From assembly GCA_043814605.1 (NCBI GenBank), contig JBDRJV010000007.1, forward strand, positions 195,354 to 259,353: 64,000 bases of DNA. Reading direction: 5' to 3'. A program made the translations under genes and the position numbers. Shown here piece after piece: positions 40,283-47,592 of this stretch (its first letter is position 1; every line of letters starts with the position of its first letter). The notes beneath the pieces are model-generated. The model saw only the letters and a list, made by a program, of their open reading frames with translations. It was not told the origin of the DNA and ran no database searches. The DNA comes from Candidatus Omnitrophota bacterium (GTDB lineage Bacteria > Omnitrophota > Gorgyraeia > B26-G9).

Positions 40283-40662
40283 ATGAAAAAAATAATACTT
40301 GCAACGACACTATTCTTCTTAATGCTAGGTGTGGGATATGCTCAGGATAATAACATACAATTACAAAAAGTTACAGGAACATTCTATAAAGCCATAAAGG
40401 CAAATGTCCCATATTATATTGAACTTGACGGCTCCGTTGGGATAGGAAATATAAAAAAAGGCTTGGACTGAAGGGTGAAATTCTAAATAACATTGAAGAA
40501 GGTTCAAGGATATTAGTAAAAGGCATCGTAAAAACTTCTTGGCATAATGGGGGAAGTCAAGATAATCCTTCGCCTTTCCCTGCAGATTGGTTAATATATA
40601 TGGATGTAAAAGAAGTCATAATAACAGATAAAGATACACCTGTAGAAAAATTAGTATTTTAA
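40283..40662 (+). pseudogene. Small secreted hypothetical protein gene interrupted at an A7 run (or requiring a -1 frameshift)
   Basis: The ATG at 40283 has RBS AAGGAGA and a signal peptide (MKKIILATTLFFLMLGVGYAQD). The frame stops at TGA 40469-40471. The -1 frame is open from 40429 to TAA 40660-40662 with no ATG of its own (…LGLKGEILNNIEEGSRILVKGIVKTSWHNGG…). The frames meet at the A7 run 40453-40459. Confidence 0.4.
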
Positions 40663-40716
40663 TCATTAATAAACGGGCCGAGGCAAGAGCGGCCCCTACA
40701 ATTTCCAAAATTATAA

Positions 40717-40890
40717 GGTCATTTAAATTATATTAATCAAAATAATTTGAACATTTCCGGCAAAATTTGGCAACGATCATTTTACGATCACATTATTCGC
40801 AATGACAAATCATTACAAAAAATACATGAATATATTTTGAACAACCCTATTAATTGGGAACAGGATATTGATAATTTAATTAACCTATAA
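40717..40890 (+). mobile_element. Remnant (C-terminal ~57 codons only) of an IS200/IS605-family Y1 transposase (TnpA/RAYT-like)
   Basis: The open frame translates to …NISGKIWQRSFYDHIIRNDKSLQKIHEYILNNPINWEQDIDNL*. This matches the conserved C-terminus (WQ+xFYDHIIRNExxLxxIxxYIxNNPxxWxxD) of IS200-like/REP-associated tyrosine transposases. There is no start codon and no N-terminal HUH region, so it is a fragment. Confidence 0.55.
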
Positions 40891-41263
40891 CAAATCGCCC
40901 ACGCCACAAAGCTGCGGGGGAAACTTCAATTCAGGCAATCGAAAAAACAGCGATTAGCGGTTAGGGCTTAGGGTTGAGTTTTTAGTTTTTCCCGCTAACG
41001 CTATACGCTATGCTTGCTTTTCGTCTCCCCTTTAAAAATTTTCACGTAATTTTATTTAATTTACTAGAGAGGGTGGAGACAGGATGTCGGAACGCCGTAA
41101 ACCAGGACGGTTTTTCGGCGGTGAAACCCGAACAAGTAAATTATTATAAAATAAGAGAAAATTTGCTAGGGGCTGTTTTCCTTTGCTTCGTTTCCTTTGT
41201 CAGCACAAAGGAAATGAAGGCGGGGGGACGCTTTTTCGGGGGCAGGCATCGCCCCAAGTTTTC

Positions 41264-42352
41264 TTATTTTTTTACGGATTCAATCAGACCTATTCCAATA
41301 AAAACAAAAATTATATTAGTCAGCCAGGCAGATAAGAGAGGGGAAAGTATGCCAATTTTACCTAAGGACAAGCTAATCGCATTCACTCCCCAGTAGCTAA
41401 AACTGATTGCCACACTCAAGCTAATTCCTAAAAACATACTTTGACTGCGATTACGGGTTAAAGTGAAAGGGACCGCAAAGAAAATAATAATGAAATTTGC
41501 CAAAGGAAATGCAATTTTATTGTATAAAATTACTAATTCTTTACTGGCTTTAAAACCACTATTTTTTAAGCGGTTAATATATTTTTTTAACTGCCAATAA
41601 CCCATTAATTCCGGTTGTAAATCTGCCCGCTCAATATCCCGGGGTTTTTCATTGATCAAGATCATTTTTTCTTTATAATGAGATGGTTTGCCGTTAATTT
41701 TACCATCCAGATATTCTGTAATTATACAATCATAAAAAATCCAGAAACCATCTAACCACTGAGCTTTTTTAGCTACGATTTGCCGGGATAATTCATTTTT
41801 CTGATTATTTTCAGATATTGTGATATTATTAATTTGCTGGCGTTTAATATCATAACTGCTGATAATGAAAATACGGTTATTTGATCCGTAAAGTGTAACA
41901 TTTTCAATAATTTTATTTTTATGTTTATCCTTTGTAGGTTTAAAATATTCTTCTTTTAGATTTATCGAATGTAAATACGAATCCGGCTTTATCAATTCAT
42001 TGACAGAAAAACTCACTGCACTCATAAAAATTCCAAATCCCAAAAATATCCAAACAATGCTCCAAAGGTTTATGCCGATAGCTTTTATCGCCATAATTTC
42101 ATTATTATGGTTTAACAGGCTTAAAGCAATAATCGTAGAAAGAATGATTATAATCGGTGAAATATTTACAAACAAAAACGGAGTGATTGAAAAATAGTAA
42201 TCGCAAAGTACAAATAAAGGAACTTTTGCCTTTACTATTTCATCCAGATGATCAAAGAGATCGATAATCCAGGATAATGAAATAAAAAGGATTAAACAGC
42301 CAATAAATGGTTTTAAAAATTCCGCTAAAATATATTCTTTAATTATTTTCAT
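41264..42352 (-). CDS. LPS export ABC transporter permease, LptG-like (YjgP/YjgQ family)
   Basis: 362 aa; YjgP/YjgQ permease topology (3 TM, periplasmic beta-jellyroll, 3 TM); paired with the adjacent paralogue. Confidence 0.7.
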   Translation of the reverse strand: MKIIKEYILAEFLKPFIGCLILFISLSWIIDLFDHLDEIVKAKVPLFVLCDYYFSITPFLFVNISPIIIILSTIIALSLLNHNNEIMAIKAIGINLWSIVWIFLGFGIFMSAVSFSVNELIKPDSYLHSINLKEEYFKPTKDKHKNKIIENVTLYGSNNRIFIISSYDIKRQQINNITISENNQKNELSRQIVAKKAQWLDGFWIFYDCIITEYLDGKINGKPSHYKEKMILINEKPRDIERADLQPELMGYWQLKKYINRLKNSGFKASKELVILYNKIAFPLANFIIIFFAVPFTLTRNRSQSMFLGISLSVAISFSYWGVNAISLSLGKIGILSPLLSAWLTNIIFVFIGIGLIESVKK

Positions 42353-42361
42353 AACATTTAA

Positions 42362-43456
42362 TTACTTTTCTAACATTTTTATGTTTAAAATTACGCCTAA
42401 AAATAAAAAAACGATATTTGCGAACCAAACACCAAAAAAGGCAGGTAGCTTATTACGTAGTGCTAAGCTCTCTCCGGTAGCCATTAATAAATAGTAACAT
42501 AGACATATTATCACACTTATGGCAAATCCCATAGAACGTTCTCGACGTTTTATTCTGATTGCTAAAGGAATTCCGATAAGAATAAATATCATACTACTAA
42601 AAGAAATTGCAAATTTTCGGTGTAGACCGACAAACAGCGGCGTTGCGTCAATATTTAAACTGCGCATTAGATTAATCTCACGCTGGAGTTCGTCAATTGT
42701 CATATCGGAAACCTTTTTTTTAAGCCGTGATGAAATTTGATCTTCAGCTAGCTTAAGCGAAAGCTGATATCTTTTAAAGTTAAGCTTATAAAACATTTCC
42801 GGATCTTCGAAGCTTGGCTCATCCGCTGTTCCATCATTCAATATTAATTTAATTGAATTTTTTTCAGGGATTGAAATAAACTGTCCTGTTCTTGCCATAA
42901 TCGATCTTGTCGGTTTATTTGTTTGCGGCTGATAAATGCGTACGTCCTCAAGATAATTTCCCCTGATTTTATAAATAAACATTATGTGGTCTTTAAAAGC
43001 TTTGATAAAAGTTTTTTCTTCTAAGTAAGTTGTGGGTTTTTTTATCCCGATTTCCTGTGTAATCACACGAATTTGGTAATGGGCATAAGGTATAATCGAA
43101 TCATTAAAATGCAGGCATAAGGCACTAAACAGGGTCCCAATCAATAAAATAGTACCTAAAAACGGGTACAAATTAATACCGCTGGATCGGATTGCGGTAA
43201 TTTCATTTTCATAAGACATACGCCCAAAAGTTAAAAGTGTCGCGGTAAGAATTGCAATCGGTATAGAAAAAATTAATAAACTGGGCATGAGAAATAAAAA
43301 TAATTGTGCAACGATTGTAAAATTAATACCTTTGGTGATTATTAATTCTACTAATTTTATTATATTTCCGATTACGAGAATAAAACTGATGATTACAGTT
43401 GAAAGAAAAAAAAGCGACAACCATTCACCCAAAATAAAATTTTTTAGAATTTTCAT
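42362..43456 (-). CDS. LPS export ABC transporter permease, LptF-like (YjgP/YjgQ family)
   Basis: 364 aa; …ENEITAIRSSGINLYPFLGTILLIG… is the typical YjgP/YjgQ motif. Confidence 0.7.
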   Translation of the reverse strand: MKILKNFILGEWLSLFFLSTVIISFILVIGNIIKLVELIITKGINFTIVAQLFLFLMPSLLIFSIPIAILTATLLTFGRMSYENEITAIRSSGINLYPFLGTILLIGTLFSALCLHFNDSIIPYAHYQIRVITQEIGIKKPTTYLEEKTFIKAFKDHIMFIYKIRGNYLEDVRIYQPQTNKPTRSIMARTGQFISIPEKNSIKLILNDGTADEPSFEDPEMFYKLNFKRYQLSLKLAEDQISSRLKKKVSDMTIDELQREINLMRSLNIDATPLFVGLHRKFAISFSSMIFILIGIPLAIRIKRRERSMGFAISVIICLCYYLLMATGESLALRNKLPAFFGVWFANIVFLFLGVILNIKMLEK

Positions 43457-43467
43457 ATTTTTATTTA

Positions 43468-44256
43468 CTATTTTGCCAAAGTAAACGCAATTATTTTTCT
43501 TGCCCCAGCATTTTTAATGACTTTAGCGCATTCATTTAAGGTTATCCCAGTTGTGTAAATATCATCAACCAAAAGTACAGATTTGTGCTGAAACTCTTTA
43601 ATATCCTGGCAGCGAAAAGCGTTCTTTAAATTTTTAGCTCTTTGTTGTCTATTTAAATTATATTGTGATTTTGTTTTTTTATGTCTGATTAAATTTCCCG
43701 CAGAAAAAGGCATGTTAAAATTATTTGCGATTCTTTGGGCTAAAATATCTGATTGATTAAATCCGCGTATTTTTTGTTTTGATCGGTGCAAGGGAATTGC
43801 CGTAATTAAATCAATATCTGCCATTGAATAGTGCTGCTTAATATACCCGGCCATTTTTTCCGCGAGTAAGTTTCCTAGTTTAACATTCCGTTTATATTTG
43901 AACATTATTATGCAAGTTTTTATATCCCGGGTATAATCATAAACATTTACCAAACGATTAAAATTAAAAAGCAGTCCTTTACAAGCCGGACAAAAATGCG
44001 ATTCTATTTGTATCGTATCTAAGCTCTGGGCACATCTTTGGCAAAATGGGGCAGCCTTAATTTTTATTTTATCTAAGCAGCCTGGGTGTATGCCTAATTC
44101 AGGGTTAACGGTAATTTTAAAAGAACAAATAGCACAAAATTTAGGATAAATTAAGTCTAAAAATTTATTGATTCGATAATTAATAATTTTTAGAAAATTC
44201 ATAACGAAATCAAGGCGGACAGAATGTATTTTATTTAACCGCAGCCCAATTTTCAA
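43468..44256 (-). CDS. comF: ComF family protein (phosphoribosyltransferase domain)
   Basis: N-terminal Cys-rich zinc-finger-like region (CAICS…CLDKIK…CQRCAQ…CPACKG) and a C-terminal PRTase motif VLLVDDIYTTGITLNE. The true start may be the internal Met (MNFLKIIN…). Confidence 0.7.
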   Translation of the reverse strand: MKIGLRLNKIHSVRLDFVMNFLKIINYRINKFLDLIYPKFCAICSFKITVNPELGIHPGCLDKIKIKAAPFCQRCAQSLDTIQIESHFCPACKGLLFNFNRLVNVYDYTRDIKTCIIMFKYKRNVKLGNLLAEKMAGYIKQHYSMADIDLITAIPLHRSKQKIRGFNQSDILAQRIANNFNMPFSAGNLIRHKKTKSQYNLNRQQRAKNLKNAFRCQDIKEFQHKSVLLVDDIYTTGITLNECAKVIKNAGARKIIAFTLAK

Positions 44257-44413
44257 AACAAGAAAAATTTATTAATAAAATGGAACCCCCACGGGCTAAA
44301 GCCCGTGGTTCCTGGGGTGGAATACTCAAGCGGCCTCCTTTTATCCGCGCCATAAATGGGCGCGGTTTTAGGCCGCGGATGTATAAAGTTTAGCTCAAGC
44401 ACAGTTCTCAACA

Positions 44414-45571
44414 CTAAAAACTGGGTTCAATGCAAAAAGTTTTGAATTTTCCTGAACGCTTAAGGCCACCGATCAAAAACATTAAATTAGTCATGTATTT
44501 CATCTTGCACCAAGTAAAGAAATGCTTGTGCGGTTTCATCAAAAAACAGACATCAAAGTAGCGGCGAACAAAATATAATGTAAGTAAACTAAAAATAGCA
44601 CAAAGAATATGGGCTAACCCATAGGCGGAAGAGAAGATAGCAAATATTGCACTGATTATTGCTGCCAGGGCAGTCAAATGCATTACTTGAAAATAGCCAA
44701 TATAGATAAATCCCTTAATTGGTGATTTTAGAGTGATCATGGGCATTTTAGGCCAAGCTCCAAATATTTGAAAAATAACATCAAAAGTGTTTGATGCATG
44801 TTTTGCTAAAAGAGGAGCATGCGCCATGCCGTATGATTTCCAGACTTTTTTAAGTGCCGGGAAGTCAGCCCGGTGCATATGGTCTACCTTAGCCTGCGGG
44901 GCAAAATATAATTTCCATCCTTTTTGTTGTATTTGTAAGCCAAATTCCATATCTTCCCCCGTAGGTTCACTCCAGAATTTTGCGTTTGCTTCATCAATAG
45001 CTTTTTTTCTGTAGGCCGCGTTAGCGGTAACAAAAAAATAAGCTCGATGACCAACGATTTGCGTGGGGGATTTGTCCGTTAAGGACGGAAAGTATCCTTC
45101 TTCAATAAAACCATATCTTGGGGCAACCATATTAAATCTAAAATGTTCACAGTATAATTCTGTAAGATTATTAGGGTCTACGCGTAAGGTATAAATTTCA
45201 CCTCCGACAATACCAATTGTTGAATCTTTTTCAAAAATTTTTAACATATCCGAAATCCATGTGTTACAAGGTGCACAGTCTCCATCTGTAAAAAATATGA
45301 AATCTCCTTTCACAACTTCTAAAGCTTTGTTCCGGGCAAAACCTGGCGAAGGACAATTAGGAACTTCTACTAGTTTAATAAACGCATGATGGCTTTGCCA
45401 TTCTTTAATCACCGCCAAAGTTTTATCTGTGCTGCCACCATCGGCAATAACTACTTCCATTTTATCTCTGGGATATTCAACATTTAAAATATATTCGAAA
45501 GTTTTAATTAATGTTCTTTCCGCATTTCTCACGGGTATAATAATCGAAACAAAATGATCTTTGTCCACCAA
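44414..45571 (-). CDS. Family 2 glycosyltransferase with C-terminal transmembrane region
   Basis: GT2 N-terminus VSIIIPVRNAERTL…VVIADGGSTD…FFTDGDC (DxD-like) and hydrophobic C-terminal helices. Confidence 0.75.
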   Translation of the reverse strand: MVDKDHFVSIIIPVRNAERTLIKTFEYILNVEYPRDKMEVVIADGGSTDKTLAVIKEWQSHHAFIKLVEVPNCPSPGFARNKALEVVKGDFIFFTDGDCAPCNTWISDMLKIFEKDSTIGIVGGEIYTLRVDPNNLTELYCEHFRFNMVAPRYGFIEEGYFPSLTDKSPTQIVGHRAYFFVTANAAYRKKAIDEANAKFWSEPTGEDMEFGLQIQQKGWKLYFAPQAKVDHMHRADFPALKKVWKSYGMAHAPLLAKHASNTFDVIFQIFGAWPKMPMITLKSPIKGFIYIGYFQVMHLTALAAIISAIFAIFSSAYGLAHILCAIFSLLTLYFVRRYFDVCFLMKPHKHFFTWCKMKYMTNLMFLIGGLKRSGKFKTFCIEPSF

Positions 45572-45815
45572 TACCTCCTCTCTTAATTTATTAAATAATT
45601 AATATATTATAAATTAAGAGTTAAAGGAGTGTCAAGCTTAAACTATGCCTAAAAGGCAAATAATTTTGGCCGGTAGTTTCAATATTTAAGCGTTTAACAG
45701 CTGCTGATTTTGTCTATAATTGAATGGGATAAAACACCAAAAATATGTCTTACCATTTATCTGGCTGTTGCTAATTCAATTAAATTTTAAAAACAACATA
45801 AATTTTAACTTAGAA

Positions 45816-45844
45816 TTGACTATTTTTTAATGTAGTAGTATAAT
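45816..45844 (+). promoter_or_regulatory. Sigma70 consensus promoter (TTGACT-17-TATAAT)
   Basis: -35 at 45816-45821, a 17-nt spacer, -10 TATAAT at 45839-45844. RBS AGGAG precedes the ATG at 45863. Confidence 0.55.
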
Positions 45845-45862
45845 TCATGCAGGAGTTCAAGG

Positions 45863-46537
45863 ATGAGAAAACCAGAAAATAAAATTTTTATAATTACGTT
45901 AGCTGTTTCTTTATTGGTTCACGCTGTTTTTTTTCTGCCGCCAGAGTTTTTAAATTTTAAAGTAAAACCGGAAATAAAGTATAAAACACTGCATTATCCT
46001 AAAACTACATTTTCACAGGCAGTTTACCCCTCAGGCACAAAAAGTAAGCCAAGATTTACACGCTTCCGTGGCGGTACCCAAAGTTATCAAAAACGTATTT
46101 TGAAAAACATTGGTGTGGGCAACCAAGATACCGATAACACTGCCGCAAGCCAAACAGATAAATTAAAAATAAATACAGCCCGATTTTCACAAAGCCCTAA
46201 ACGAAAAATTTCTGTAGCAAAATTCAAGCAGGATAATTTATCACAAGATGAAATATTTGTAAATTATTACCGGCAAGTGAATGAACAATTAAGGCAATCT
46301 GTGGTTTATCCGGATAATTTTTCCGAGGGGGAGATTGCGTTGACTTTTGTTCTCGCTTGTGATGGAAGTTTAAGGAGCGTAGAAGTAATCGATAGCACTT
46401 CTCCGGGTAATATCTCCCTGTGTGAGACGGCGATGCAAATTGTGGAAAAAGCTTCTCCTTTTCCTCCTTTTCCTGAAAACCTGCAACAAAGTCAGCTTAC
46501 CTTTAATGTCGTAATTTGTTTCCGTGAACACAGTTAA
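45863..46537 (+). CDS. Energy transducer TonB-like protein
   Basis: N-terminal membrane anchor, a Pro/Lys-rich linker, and a C-terminal TonB-C-like domain (…YPDNFSEGEIALTFVLACDGSLRSVEVIDSTSPGNISLCETAMQIVEKASPFPPFP). Confidence 0.6.
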   Translation: MRKPENKIFIITLAVSLLVHAVFFLPPEFLNFKVKPEIKYKTLHYPKTTFSQAVYPSGTKSKPRFTRFRGGTQSYQKRILKNIGVGNQDTDNTAASQTDKLKINTARFSQSPKRKISVAKFKQDNLSQDEIFVNYYRQVNEQLRQSVVYPDNFSEGEIALTFVLACDGSLRSVEVIDSTSPGNISLCETAMQIVEKASPFPPFPENLQQSQLTFNVVICFREHS

Positions 46538-46574
46538 TCCGTATTTCCGCGGCAAATTAAGGGAGAAAATTTAA

Positions 46575-47321
46575 ATGTACAAAAGAAGAATTTACCGGAA
46601 TAATACAAAAAATAATCCGAGCTTAGAAAAATTCGAACTTAAATATTTTGAAAGTGATTTATTGTTTTATACAGATACGAATCTAGAAAATATTGCCCGC
46701 CGTTGGTTGATGTTTTATCATGATCAAATTTTACAATATTGCTGCGAAAATCCTGAATTCAGAAAATCACTGGCTCCTTTAAAGCTAAAGGGAAAATTAC
46801 CTTTAATTATTCGGCGCATGCTTTTTGCCAGTAAACAAGCTCATGTGGGCCCCATGGCTTCAGTCGCAGGAGCGATTGCTGAATTTGTGGGTAAGAAATT
46901 GTTAGCTTACAGCAAAACTGTAATTATTGAAAATGGAGGAGATATTTTTATTAAAACAGAGAAAAAAAGAAAAGTTGGGTTGTTTGCGGGTATGAACAGT
47001 ATTTATAATAGATTATATTTGAATATTTCTCCCGCGGACACTCCTTGTGGAATATGTACTTCAAGTTCAAAAATAGGGCACTCTTTAAGCTTTGGCAAGA
47101 CTGAGGCTTGTGTGATTATTGCCAAATCAGCCATAATCGCAGATTGCTTTGCAACGTATATTGGTAATCTCATAAAATCAGAGTCAGATTTCTCTAAAGC
47201 TCTAAAAATTGTTAAGTCTCATAAAAGTATTTCCGGGGCGATTTTTATAACTAATTCCAAACTAACAGCTTATGGAAAATTAAAGCTTAACGTTCTTGAC
47301 AAACATAAATTAGATTGGTAA
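46575..47321 (+). CDS. Hypothetical protein, UPF0280-like
   Basis: 248 aa; conserved-looking core …AHVGPMASVAGAIAEFVGKKLL…IENGGDIFI…. The family assignment is tentative. Confidence 0.4.
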   Translation: MYKRRIYRNNTKNNPSLEKFELKYFESDLLFYTDTNLENIARRWLMFYHDQILQYCCENPEFRKSLAPLKLKGKLPLIIRRMLFASKQAHVGPMASVAGAIAEFVGKKLLAYSKTVIIENGGDIFIKTEKKRKVGLFAGMNSIYNRLYLNISPADTPCGICTSSSKIGHSLSFGKTEACVIIAKSAIIADCFATYIGNLIKSESDFSKALKIVKSHKSISGAIFITNSKLTAYGKLKLNVLDKHKLDW

Positions 47322-47408
47322 AATATTAAAACTTAATTAACTTATGCGTTTCATTATGTCTAATTATTAATCAATATTTTGCGTGACGAGAGAAGGGGTG
47401 AATATAAA

Positions 47409-47582
47409 GTGGCTAAAGTTCGAGTTGGAAAAGGTGAACCATTAGAAAAAGCACTGAGAATTTTTAAGAAAAAATTGGACCGTGAAGGTACTCTCAAAGA
47501 AATGAGAGCTAAAAAACATTACGAAAAGCCCAGTGAACGGAAAAAGAGAAAGGCTAAAAACGCGAGAATGTCGCATCGCTAA
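47409..47582 (+). CDS. rpsU: 30S ribosomal protein S21
   Basis: GTG start at 47409 with RBS GAAGGGG upstream. The protein reads VAKVRVGKGEPLEKALRIFKKKLDREGTLKEMRAKKHYEKPSERKKRKAKNARMSHR, with the typical S21 length and basic tail. Confidence 0.85.
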   Translation: MAKVRVGKGEPLEKALRIFKKKLDREGTLKEMRAKKHYEKPSERKKRKAKNARMSHR

Positions 47583-47592
47583 AATAATAGAT

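Noticed and set aside
40890-41260. Possible tmRNA / SRP RNA / single CRISPR repeat (GTTTCCTTTGTCAGCACAAAGGAAATGAAGGC)
   Set aside because: No tRNA-like acceptor/T-arm pairing and no tag-peptide frame for tmRNA. No SRP domain IV motif. Only one copy of the repeat-like sequence, so there is no array. It is left as unexplained GC-rich hairpins.
41010-41396. 128-aa + strand ORF
   Set aside because: It overlaps the 3' end of the convincing minus-strand lptG-like gene and runs through GC-rich hairpin sequence. It has no RBS or start context, so it is spurious.
44330-44377. tRNA-like acceptor pairing GCGGCCT/AGGCCGC
   Set aside because: Only 33 nt lie between the two arms, which is too short for D, anticodon and T arms. 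It is a nested hairpin, not a tRNA.
47379-47408. TTG-initiated N-terminal extension of rpsU (MRDERRGEYK…)
   Set aside because: S21 proteins begin directly at the conserved (M)xxVKVR segment. GTG at 47409 has a proper RBS, and the extension is not conserved-looking.
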